Source: an uncultured Gemmatimonadales bacterium
Lineage (GTDB): Bacteria > Gemmatimonadota > Gemmatimonadetes > Gemmatimonadales > GWC2-71-9
Length of the DNA stretch: 64,000 nucleotides
Direction of reading: 5' to 3'
NCBI GenBank assembly: GCA_963821525.1
Contig: CAWGED010000005.1
Coordinates: 768,001 to 832,000, forward strand
How positions within the stretch are numbered: the first letter of the stretch is position 1; every line of letters starts with the position of its first letter. Below, piece by piece: positions 38,906 to 48,871 of this stretch. The position numbers and the translations under genes are program-made. The notes beneath the pieces were generated by a model that did not search any database, was not told the origin of the DNA, and was given only the letters and a program-made list of their open reading frames with translations.

Positions 38906-39345
38906 AACTGGTGGACACTGAAGAGACGATCGTCCTGGTCACCGGCTCCGATATTCGGGCCGAGGAGCGGGACCGCCCCACGGCGTACCGCCTCAAGGCC
39001 GAAGTGGATCGGAGGGGAGATGGGCAGGCCTTCCGCCGGGCCGTGGTCGTGGGAGACGTGTGGTACCTGGAGAACCGGATCTTCCATCTCAATCCGACGA
39101 TCGCGATCGGCGGGCCGGGGGTGAACAACCTGAGCGATCAACTCCTGCAGACGCTGCCCGCGGTCTGGACCCAGGATCAGCGACTCTTCGTGCACGCCGA
39201 TTTCGATGGAGACTTGAAGCGGGCCTGTCTCTGGGGCGCCGATGCCGCGGCGACGGCCGGTGCGGTCGAATACTTCGTGACTCAGGGAATTCTGGACGAC
39301 CTGCTCCGGCGGATCTGGCGGTTCCGTTCCGGTGTTCTGGTGTGA
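38902..39345 (+). CDS. Hypothetical protein
   Basis: ATGA-coupled ORF with typical codon usage; TIAIGGPGVN motif. Confidence 0.7.
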   Translation: MKLVDTEETIVLVTGSDIRAEERDRPTAYRLKAEVDRRGDGQAFRRAVVVGDVWYLENRIFHLNPTIAIGGPGVNNLSDQLLQTLPAVWTQDQRLFVHADFDGDLKRACLWGADAAATAGAVEYFVTQGILDDLLRRIWRFRSGVLV

Positions 39346-39348
39346 GGA

Positions 39349-40520
39349 TCAGGGTGGTACGACGGTCCCATCCGGTTTGAGGCGGGCGCCGGTTCCGGGG
39401 AAGTCGAGTGCGGTGACCTGGTTGATCAGCGTGGTGGCTTGAGAGGTTGAATCGGGCGCGGGCCCGGTGCCCGGGATCTGAAGCAGCGGGACCATTCGCG
39501 CTCCCTCGAATTTCCCTTCACCAGACAGGTTCAGCTGCAGCACCGCGGTGACTCCCAGCGGGCCCGCCAGATTGAATCCCCTGTAGGTCGCGAAGTTCCC
39601 CAGCGAATAGAAGATCGGCCTTCCCTTGTAGAACTCGACCCCGCGGAGGACGTGCGGCCCGTGGCCCACGACCGCATCCGCACCGGCGTCGATCACCGCT
39701 CGAGCCCACTTCCGCAGATCTCCCCTCGGCTCCTTGGCGAGGAACTCCGGGCCATTCCCGGTACGCACCGCAGTCTTCCCCTCGGTCCCTCCGTGGAAAG
39801 TCACTACCAGCAAGTCCACGAGGCCGCGCAGGGAATCCACCAGTGCCGCGCTCTGGTTGATGTTGAGGAGATTGTACGCGTTGGGATAGGTGGAGAAGCC
39901 GATCAATCCCACCAGGGTCATCCGCTCGTCGCGAAACACCGGCGTGATCGCGATCTCCTCCACGGGCCCGTACGGAGTGAGACCGAGGTTGCGGAGGATG
40001 CTTTCGGTATTGAGCCGAGCGTCGAGGCCGTAATCGTTGGCGTGATTGTTGGCGAGGTTCAGGTGAGTGAACCCGGCGTCCTTGAGCCTCGGCGCCAGCC
40101 AGGTTGGCGTGGCGAAGGCATAGCAGTTCGATGGGGGCTTGGGCTTCTTCGTCGCCGCGGGTTTTTTCGCGGGCTTGGGTGCCTTGGTGGAATCGATAGC
40201 GGTGGTGTCCGGCGGCGGGCCGCACTTGTAGGACCAACCCGAGTCGGAGAGAACTCCTTCGAAGTTTCCTACGACCAGATCACCCTTGAGCAGCGAATCG
40301 ACCTGGGCGAAGGTCTGCCGTCCGCTGTCGGGCGGGATTCCGTCGGGGAGGGTGCGGGTGCCGAGGTTGATGTCACCGGTGAAGGCGAGACGGATGGGGA
40401 AGGGGTCGTGGACAATTCCTGTCTGGGCGGGAAGGCGGTCAGGCGGGAGGGCGGAAAAGCAACAACAGAGCCTGCCCGATCCAGAGCAATGACCGCCGCT
40501 GTCCGACCTGACCGCCGCAC
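39349..40520 (-). CDS. CapA family (PGA_cap) metallophosphatase-fold protein
   Basis: FTGDI, GNFEG, LANNHANDYG, FHGG.E, GHGPHV and YSLGNF; the start region is uncertain. Confidence 0.88.
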
Positions 40521-41939
40521 TTACCTCCGTGCCGCTTCGAGTCGGGCCAGGCTTTCGTCCCGGCCCACCACCGCCAGCAACTCGTTCACCGGCTCGGAAA
40601 CCGTCCCGCCGGTCAGCGCGACGCGAATGGGCTGCATGACGTCGCCCAGCTTCTTTCCCTCGCGCTCGGCCAGACTCTTGAGGGTGACTTCGAGATTGGC
40701 TGGCGCCCAATCATCGGCGGACAGGGCGGACAGGGCGGACAGGGCGGACGAGAGATTGGTCGAGAAGGCGTCGCCCATCTTGGAAACGAGCTGCGTCCCC
40801 TTGGGATCCCGCACGATTTTGGTCGCATCGAGTCGCACCGCCACCTGCTTCGCGATGTCGAGCAGGGTCCGCGACCGCGCCTTCACCGCGTCGATCAGCG
40901 CCGACAGACGCTGTCCGTCGCCCTTCACTCCCATCTCGTCCAGGTGGTGCTTCACCGGTCCCAGCAGATCCTCGACCGGAACCAGCGAGAGGTACTCACC
41001 GTTCATCCACTCGAGCTTGGTCAGATCGAACACCGCGGGCTTCTTCTGGATCCCGTCGAGCGAGAAGAGCTTGATCATCTCCGCCTCGGGCAGGATCTCG
41101 CGGTCTCCGCCGGGCGACCAGCCCAGGAGCGCCAGGAAATTCCGCATCGCGAGCGGCAGGATGCCCAGGTTGCGATAGTCGCCCACCGCGGTCGCGCCGT
41201 GACGCTTGGAGAGCTTCTTCCCGTCGGCGCCGAGGATCATCGGCACGTGGGCGAAGGTCGGGATCGGCTTACCCAGCGCGCGGTAGATCGCGATCTGCTT
41301 CGGGGTGTTGGAGATGTGGTCGTCGCCCCGGATCACGTGGGTGATCTCCATCGCGATGTCGTCCGACACCACGGCGAGGTTGTAGATCGGGCTCCCGTCG
41401 CTCCGCAGGATGATGAAGTCGTCGAGATCGCGGCCCTGGAAGCTGATCCGCTCGTGCACCGCGTCGTCCCAGGCGATCTCCTCATCCGGCATCCGGAGCC
41501 GGATACTGAACGGGAGCCCCTTCGCCAGACGCTCATCGATCTCCTGCTTGCTCAGCCGGCCGCAGCCGACCGTCATAACGGAAGGGAGTCCCGGTCTTGT
41601 CGGCCCGGGCCCGCTGCGCATCCAGCTCCTCCTTGGTACAGAAGCACCGATACGCCTGATCCCGAGCCAGCATCGCCTCGGCGTCGGCCCGGTGGCGGTC
41701 GCCGTAGCCGCCCTGGAAGAAGGGACCCTCGTCGTAGGTGATGCCCAGCCAGGAGAGCCCCTCGAGGATCACCTGGGTGTGAGACTCGGTGCTCCGCTCC
41801 TTGTCGGTGTCCTCGATCCGCAGGATGAAGGTGCCGCCGGTGTTCCTGGCGAACAGCCAGTTGAACAGCGCCGTGCGGGCGCCGCCGACATGGAGGTAGC
41901 CGGTGGGGGATGGGGCGAAGCGGACGCGGGAGGGGTCAT
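40521..41939 (-). CDS. gltX: Glutamate--tRNA ligase (frameshift near 41570)
   Basis: [28 protein letters not shown] and KLSKRH; anticodon-binding domain present. Confidence 0.96.
40716..40749. repeat. 9-mer tandem repeat (GGCGGACAG)x3.8 inside gltX
   Basis: Encodes [11 protein letters not shown]; the same unit occurs reverse-complemented at 61114-61140. Confidence 0.9.
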
Positions 41940-41941
41940 GA

Positions 41942-42045
41942 AGGTGTCAGGTGCTAGGTGTCAGGTGTCAGGGGATCAAGCGGTGAGCGAGTACGCGGGC
42001 TGCGAAGGACTCTGACCACCTGATCACCTGATCCACTGACACCTG
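41942..42045. repeat. Inverted pair of heptamer arrays (AGGTGTC)n / (CACCTGA)n
   Basis: aggtgtc aggtgct aggtgtc aggtgtc ... ctgacca cctgatca cctgatc cactgacacctg. Confidence 0.8.
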
Positions 42046-42051
42046 CAGTAA

Positions 42052-42142
42052 CGGAGTGGGAGGGATTCGAACCCTCGATAGGGCTTTTCAACCCTATAAC
42101 GGTTTAGCAAACCGCCGCCTTCAGCCTCTCGGCCACCACTCC
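42052..42142 (-). tRNA. tRNA-Ser (GCT)
   Basis: ggagtgg...ccactcc acceptor stem, anticodon gcggt-ttGCTaa-accgt, long variable arm. Confidence 0.97.
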
Positions 42143-42334
42143 AGAGGGCAGGATTCTAGCCCCATCACAGGGCCCCGACAAGGCATTGCACCCCGCGAAA
42201 CGTCCGGCGCTCCGCTCTGCTGCGGGCATCCCTCGACAGTCACAAGCTCCCACCCCGCTTGACGTTCCCTACAGGGTGCCAAAGGCATACCCATTGCTAC
42301 TCCTGAGGCATTCCTCGCAACAGGGAGGCAGCCC

Positions 42335-43316
42335 GTGCGTCACATCACCACGATGGTCCTGTGCGCGGTTCTCGCGGCATGCGCTTCCAGCACCGATCCG
42401 GGGCATCGCACCGTCGGTGGAGGCGGTGGAGGCGGCGGAGGTGGCGCTCCTGGTGTACCCGACCTCGGAGTGAACGCGAACCTCAACGGCAAGCGGCCGT
42501 TCCCGGACGACAATCCGTGGAATACCCCGGTTGAACACGCTCCCGCTGGATCCCAATTCCGCCAAGATCATCGCCAGCATCGGGCTCACCGACAGCCTGC
42601 ATCCCGACTTCGGTACCGAGCCGACCTACGGCATTCCCTACGTCGTGGTCAGCGGGACGACTGCAACCAGCACCGTCACGTTCGACTACTCCGACGAGAG
42701 CGATCCCGGGCCGTACCCGATCCCATCCAATCCGCCGATCGAGGGCGGGGCCGGGAGCACGGGAGACCGCCACATCCTGATCATCGATCGGGACCACTGG
42801 AAACTGTACGAGCTCTATGCCGCGTACCCCGGCGGCTCCGGCTGGACCGCGGGCTCCGGCGCCATCTTCGACCTCAACTCCAATGCGCTCCGTCCCGCCG
42901 GCTGGACCTCGGCCGACGCCGCGGGTCTCCCGATTTTCCCGGGGCTGGTGCGCTACGAAGAGGTGGAGGATGGGGTGATCCGGCACGCGATACGCTTCAC
43001 CGTCCGGCGCTCACGTCACGCCTACGTGGCACCCGCCACACACTACGCCAGCTCGAGCACCAACGACTCGCTCCCGCCGATGGGAATGCGGGTGCGGCTC
43101 AAGGCGAGCTTCGACCTGTCGGGCTTCCCGCCCAGGCCCAGGTGATTCTGCAGGCGATGAAGACCTACGGGATGATGGTGGCCGACAACGGCTCCGACTG
43201 GTTCTTCCAGGGCGCGTCCGATCCCCGCTGGGACGACGACGACCTCGACAGCATCAAGGGTATCACCGGCAGCAACTTCGAAGTCGTGAAGATGGGGCGC
43301 GCTGACGACCAACTAG
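42335..43316 (+). CDS. Conserved hypothetical lipoprotein (three frameshifts)
   Basis: RBS ggagg; LAAC lipobox; FPDDNPWN, YGIPY, GDRH, SADAAGLP and YGMMVADNG across joined frames. Confidence 0.75.
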
Positions 43317-43490
43317 CCGACCAGGCATCGGGGCGAAATCGATCCGTGCAGATCCGCTATCACCCCAATTGGATTGTGACGCGAGGACGCGCCATATAGC
43401 TTTCTCTACCTCCCCGTCACAGGCGAAAAATGTCCCCCACTCGCCACGACCGACGAGCCACCTCCCGCCGTGTCCCCATAGAGGCGTGAA

Positions 43491-44012
43491 ATGTCTCGCG
43501 ACTCGGTGCTGATCCGGCTCTTCACGATTGTCGGCTTTGTAGGGACGATCGCGGTGGGCTTTACTACATATGGATTTCCGATCGAGGGCGCCGCGACCGA
43601 TCCAGAACTCTACAAACTGATTGCGGAGGAATCACCTGGGAGCAGAGTCACGCCTATTACGGTGCCCGCCCCTCTAAGCGGGCTTGGGATCGCACCTTTG
43701 CCTGACACCGCACGGTCACGTCACAGCGAACCGAGAGACTCTTCAACCAGACTAAATCCGGTCAGCGCCTGGCGGACGGTTGCGGTGGATAGGGATTCAA
43801 TCGCGGTTCGTCAGTGGCTTGGGCGGTGGGTACTGGCCACCGGCCAAACGCGCGGCGACACCGTCCGTCTGACGCTTTGGCGCTTAACTCTTCGCCACGG
43901 GTGCCCTCTGGTCAGCAGGCTGGTCGCCACGAGCGTTGGCGCGGCGAGCTATGAATATCGCCGAGTGAGGGTCACCTCTACCTGCCCTGAGGTGACCTCA
44001 TCTGTCGAGTAG
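43491..44012 (+). CDS. Hypothetical protein with N-terminal TM, atypical codon usage
   Basis: RBS gagg; 173-aa ORF filling the gap; lower GC3. Confidence 0.5.
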   Translation: MSRDSVLIRLFTIVGFVGTIAVGFTTYGFPIEGAATDPELYKLIAEESPGSRVTPITVPAPLSGLGIAPLPDTARSRHSEPRDSSTRLNPVSAWRTVAVDRDSIAVRQWLGRWVLATGQTRGDTVRLTLWRLTLRHGCPLVSRLVATSVGAASYEYRRVRVTSTCPEVTSSVE

Positions 44013-44024
44013 GCTCACCACCAA

Positions 44025-45242
44025 CTAGCCCACCAACGCCGGCGCCTGAGCCGCAACCCGGTTCAGCGCCGCCGCGAGATCCTCCAGCAGATCGTCGCAG
44101 GTCTCGATCCCGACCGAGAGCCGAAGCAGCCCCTCGGTGATTCCGGCGGCCGCCTGCTGCTCCGGCGTCATCGAGGCGTGAGTCATCGTCGCCGGATGGG
44201 CGACGAGCGATTCCACGCCGCCGAGTGATTCGGCGAGCGTGAAGCACCGCAGGCCATCGACGAAGGCCGCGACCGCGGACTCTCCACCCTCCAGCTCGAA
44301 GCTCACCATCGCCCCGAAGCCCGCCTGCTGACGGGCGGCCAGCTCGTGTCCCGGATGATCGGGCAGGCCGGGATAGTGCACCCGGGCTACCGCGGGATGC
44401 CCGGCCAGCAACTCGGCGACCGCGGCGGCGTTCTCCAGGTGGGTGCGAATCCGGGGATGCAGAGTCCGCAGGCCGCGCAGCGTGAGGTAGCTGTCGAACG
44501 GCGAACCGGTCACCCCGATCACATTGGCCCACCAGGCGAGTTGCTCGGCGAGGGCCTGTTCCCGGGCCACGACGGCGCCGCCCACCACGTCGCTGTGGCC
44601 GTTCAGGTACTTGGTGGTCGAGTGGACCACGATGTCGGCGCCGAGCGTGAGCGGGCGCTGCAGGGCAGGCGAGAGGAAGGTGTTGTCCACCACCAGCAGT
44701 GCGTTCGCGCGTGTGGCCAACTGCTTGGCGAGCCGCAGATCGGTGATGCGGAGCAGCGGATTGCTCGGCGTCTCGACCCAGAGCATGCGGGTGGGACGGC
44801 TCAGCGCCTCGGTCAGCGCATCCGCCGAACTCTCGTCGATGTATTCGACCTGGAAGTGCCCACGCTCGGCTAGCGAGTCGAGCAGACGACGGGTGCCGCC
44901 GTAACAGTCGTGCGGCGCCACCAGCCGGTCTTCCGGCCGGAGCAGTTGCACCACCAGCAGTACCGCCGAGAGCCCGGTGGAGGTCACCACCGCGCCCGCA
45001 CCCTCCTCCAACTCGGCCAAGGCCAGGCCGAGGACGTCGCGGGTGGGGTTCGCGGTGCGGGTGTAGTCGTAGGTTCGCTTGTCCTTGAACCCGGCGAACG
45101 CGTAGGTGGAGGAGAGGTAGATCGGCGGGATCACCGCTCCGTGCTGGCCGTCTGTGGCGATGCCGGTGCGCACCGCGCGGGTCTCGGCGCCGGATCCGGG
45201 GGCGACCCGGGGAATACAGGGGACTGCGGCAGTCTCGGTCAT
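44025..45242 (-). CDS. metB: Cystathionine gamma-synthase
   Basis: YDYTRTANPTR, CYGG, ETPSNP, DNTF, HSTTKYLNGHSD (PLP lysine) and AESLGGVES. Confidence 0.92.
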   Translation of the reverse strand: MTETAAVPCIPRVAPGSGAETRAVRTGIATDGQHGAVIPPIYLSSTYAFAGFKDKRTYDYTRTANPTRDVLGLALAELEEGAGAVVTSTGLSAVLLVVQLLRPEDRLVAPHDCYGGTRRLLDSLAERGHFQVEYIDESSADALTEALSRPTRMLWVETPSNPLLRITDLRLAKQLATRANALLVVDNTFLSPALQRPLTLGADIVVHSTTKYLNGHSDVVGGAVVAREQALAEQLAWWANVIGVTGSPFDSYLTLRGLRTLHPRIRTHLENAAAVAELLAGHPAVARVHYPGLPDHPGHELAARQQAGFGAMVSFELEGGESAVAAFVDGLRCFTLAESLGGVESLVAHPATMTHASMTPEQQAAAGITEGLLRLSVGIETCDDLLEDLAAALNRVAAQAPALVG

Positions 45243-45261
45243 GGCAGGACTCCAGGGCCCC

Positions 45262-45297
45262 AAAACAAAAGACCCGGCGGAAAAAGGGCCGCCAGGC
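45262..45297 (-). terminator. Intrinsic terminator in the metB leader
   Basis: Minus strand cctggcgg-loop-ccgccggg followed by tcttttgtttt, ending about 20 nt before the ATG. Confidence 0.75.
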
Positions 45298-45354
45298 GCT
45301 CGCGTTTTAGCATTTGTTTAACGTGGCTGCAATAGGCGGCAAATGACCACGACT
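45298..45354 (-). ncRNA. SAM-II riboswitch aptamer
   Basis: gtcgtggtcatttgccgcctattgcagccacgttaaacaaatgctaaaa matches the SAM-II pattern CGTGGTgATTTG..TTGCAGCCACGTtAAACAA..GCTAAA; upstream of metB. Confidence 0.85.
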
Positions 45355-45372
45355 TCGATTGTGAGACCTAGT

Positions 45373-46071
45373 CTAGGGTTGGGGCTCCGGTTCGTCAAGT
45401 GACGAGGTAGAAGGACTGGCCAGTCGTGCGGCAATGCTTTCCATCTGTTGGCCCCGTAATCGGGCCCAGCTCGACACTCGGAACGCCCCGTTGGCGAAAA
45501 TACCGATTCCGGCGATGGCCAGTAACGCGATCCCTGATACCGCAGCATGAAGATGGCCGCCGAGCGAGCTGGAAATAGCGACGGCTCCTGCAACTCCAAC
45601 AATGGCCAGCCCACTGGCCATCGCGGTGCGGGCGTCTCCCTTCACGGTTCCGAGCCGGAGGCGGTGTCCGTTCGCAGTCGGTTCCAGGAGAGCCTGGAGG
45701 TTCCCATTGGTCCACTGACGGAGGGACCCGTAGGACTTGACCGTGCCTCTGGCTCGGAAGGTCTCGCGTAGCTGAACCACCAGCTGGTCCCATTCCGCGT
45801 CGGTAAGCCACCGATTGAGCGTTACCGTCCGTTCGACTCCGATCGGGAGCCCAAGAAAGGACCGGGTAACGGCCTGGCGCCGCAGCTCCAGCGATTGAGC
45901 CGCCTGGGCCACCGCCTCCGGGGGGATGCCCACCTCGCGGCCGATGTCCTGGAGATCGGCGAGCGTCAGACCTTCATTGCGGGGAGCGTGAGGCGGAGCT
46001 GCTTGCGGGTTTTCGGCGGCGGTCAGGAAAATCGCCGCCGTCTCCTCGTCATCGTATCTGCGATCGCTCAT
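45373..46071 (-). CDS. Hypothetical membrane protein
   Basis: RRYDDEE..GLTLADLQDIGREVGI N-terminus and two C-terminal TMs. Confidence 0.75.
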   Translation of the reverse strand: MSDRRYDDEETAAIFLTAAENPQAAPPHAPRNEGLTLADLQDIGREVGIPPEAVAQAAQSLELRRQAVTRSFLGLPIGVERTVTLNRWLTDAEWDQLVVQLRETFRARGTVKSYGSLRQWTNGNLQALLEPTANGHRLRLGTVKGDARTAMASGLAIVGVAGAVAISSSLGGHLHAAVSGIALLAIAGIGIFANGAFRVSSWARLRGQQMESIAARLASPSTSSLDEPEPQP

Positions 46072-46291
46072 GATGGATCTAAGATCGCAGCGAGGGCGGT
46101 TCCGGCCAATCCCCTGCGCTGGGCGTCAACTGCAGCCCGACGGTCAGAACACCCTCGTCTTCGTCCCTGATGGGGCTCGGGGTTGCCGTTCTCTTGATTC
46201 CAGTGTAGTTCACATCCTGAGGCCGAGTGCTTGTTGTAGCATCCCCTAGTGCTGCTCCTGCAATTCGCTCGACATCTACGTCGGTCCGGCG

Positions 46292-46400
46292 CACACGTTC
46301 CTGCTCGCCCGGGCGCAAACCGTACGTCAAGAAATTCCCCGCCACGTTCAAGGACTTCCCGCCCAGCCGGAAGGTCGGCGGCCTAGGGATGGACAACTAT
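46292..46400 (+). pseudogene. Relic C-terminus of a second arylsulfatase
   Basis: HTFLLARAQ/YVKKFPATFKDFPPSRKVGG resembles the AslA-type tail (FL.PAQ.YV..FL.TF.EFPP.QK.GS). Confidence 0.5.
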
Positions 46401-46434
46401 GACCGTCGTTGCGTGGACCAATTCGGGAGACCCA

Positions 46435-48823
46435 ATGAAGCAGATCCTCGCACTCGCCCTCGCCGCAATGGTCATATCAGTCGCATCGTGTTCGACGGAC
46501 CATAAGGGCGGGGGCTCGACAGCGAGCCTCGGTGCAACGGACGGGCTCGACCGCACGGTCCTGCCGATCCAGGAGCCGAAGGTCACGCCGATCACCGAAC
46601 TCGACGCGCGCAACGCCAAGGCGCCGCCGCGCTTCGAGGTGAAAGCGCCGCAGGGCGCGCCCAACGTGGTGATCGTCCTGATCGACGACATCGGCTTCGG
46701 GCACAGCAGCGCCTTCGGCGGGCCGATCCACATGCCGACGCTGGAGAAGCTGGCGGCGAGCGGATCTGAAGTACAACCGCTTCCACACCACCGCGCTGTG
46801 CAGCCCCACTCGCATCGCCCTGCTCACCGGCCGCAACCACCATGTGAACAATGCCGGCGCGATCATGGAACTGGCCACGGCGTTCCCCGGCAACACCGGC
46901 ATGCGCCCCGGGAGCGTGACGCCCGCTAGCCGAGATCCTGCGCCTGAACGGCTACAGCACCGCGGCCTTCGGCAAGTACCACGAGACCCCGCCCTGGGAA
47001 GTCTCCGTGTCCGGTCCCTACGATCGTTGGCCCACCCGCTCCGGCTTCGACAAGTTCTACGGCTTCATCGGCGGCGAGACCAACCAGTGGGCGCCGGGCC
47101 ATCTTCGACGGCACGGTGCGCATCGAGACGCCGCACACGCCGGGCTACCATTTCACGGTCGACATGACTGATCAGGCGATCAACTGGGTGAGCGCGCAGC
47201 AGGCCCTCACGCCCGACAAGCCCTTCTACATGTACTTCGCGACCGGCGCCACGCATGCGCCGCACCACGTGCCCAAGGAGTGGATCGACAAGTACAAAGG
47301 CCAGTTCGCCGGCGGCTGGGACAAGCTGCGCGAGGAGACGTTCGCGCGCCAGAAGAAACTGGGCGTGATCCCTGCGGACACCAAGCTGACGCCGCGACCC
47401 AAGGAGATCCCCGCCTGGGACGACATGAGCGCCGACCAGAAGCGGCTCTTCGAACGCCAGATGGAGACCTTCGCCGGGTTTGCCGAGCAAACCGACTATG
47501 AAGTGGGCCGACTGGTGGACGCAACTGGAATCGATCGGCGAGCTGGACAACACGATCTTCTTTTACATCGTGGGCGACAACGGCTCCAGCGCCGAGGGCG
47601 GACCGGAAGGCACCTACAACGAGATGATGGCGCTCAACGGCATCGTCGGCAAGGCCGACCAGATGATGGGCCACATCGATGAGTGGGGCGGCCCCACAAC
47701 CTTCCCGCACTTCGCCATCGGCTGGGCCTGGGCCGGCGACACGCCGTTCCAGTGGACCAAGCAGGTGGCCAGCCACTTCGGCGGCACGCGCAACGGCATG
47801 GTGCTGCACTGGCCGAAGGGCATCAAGGCCAAGGGCGAAGTCCGCTCGCAGTTCCACCACGTGATCGACGTCGCGCCGACGGTGCTCGAGGCGGCCAAGA
47901 TACCCGAACCCAAGACGGTCAATGGCGTCGAGCAGCGGCCGATGGACGGCGTGTCAATGCTCTACTCGTTTGACGATGCCAAGGCCAAGGACCGCCACAC
48001 CACGCAGTATTTCGAGATGTTCGGCAACCGCGGCATTTATAAGGATGGCTGGGTCGCGTGCACGCGACATTCGATCCCCTGGTTGATGGTGCCATTGCCG
48101 CCGCTGACCGAGGATGTCTGGGAACTGTACAACGTGGACAAGGATTTCAGCGAGGCGGACAACCTGGCCGCGCAGCAGCCCGAGAAATTGAAGGAGTTGC
48201 AGGCGGCCTTCATTCAGGAGGCGATCAAGAACAACGTGCTGCCGATCGACGATCGCCGCGTCGAGCGCTTCGACCCGGCCATCGCCGGCAGGCCCGACCT
48301 GATGGACGGGCGCACGTCACTGACGGTGTATGATGGCATGACCGGCATGACGGAGAACGCCTTCATCAACGTGAAGGGCGTACACCACACCATCACCGCC
48401 GAGATCGAGGTGAAGGATGCCAAGGCCAGCGGCGTGATCATCGCCCAGGCCGGCTACTTCGGCGGCTGGACCCTGTACATGAAGGGCGGCAGGGTGCACC
48501 ACGAGTACAACTGGTTCGCCATCGAGCGCACCAACATCGCCGCGCCATCGGCCCTCGCCCCGGGCAAGCACACCATCGTGTACGAGTTCATCCCCGACGA
48601 AGCCAAGCCGGGAACCGGCGGCAAGTCCATCATCACCATCGACGGAAAGAAGGCCATCGAAGGCCACATCCCCAAGACCCAGCCGTTCGTGTTCTCAGCT
48701 GATGAGGGCGCGGACGTGGGCGAGGACGCCGAGACCAACGTCTCGCCCGACTACAAGCAGGGCGACAACAAGTTCACCGGCAAGATCATCAAGGTGACGA
48801 TCAACACCAGGGCTCCAAATTAA
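46435..48823 (+). CDS. Arylsulfatase, Cys-type, lipoprotein (four frameshifts)
   Basis: VASC lipobox; [32 protein letters not shown]-terminal LamG-like region. Confidence 0.92.
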
Positions 48824-48871
48824 GTGGTGAAGATGAGAAGAAATTAGAAGAAGCGGGAGAAGTGGCAGCCG

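Noticed and set aside
40521..41939. Frameshifts in gltX and many other genes (mltF, sulfatase, sigma factor, hydrolase) as pseudogenes or programmed frameshifts
   Set aside because: They are single-base indels scattered throughout, including in an essential gene, with otherwise intact motifs. Assembly error is the simplest explanation.
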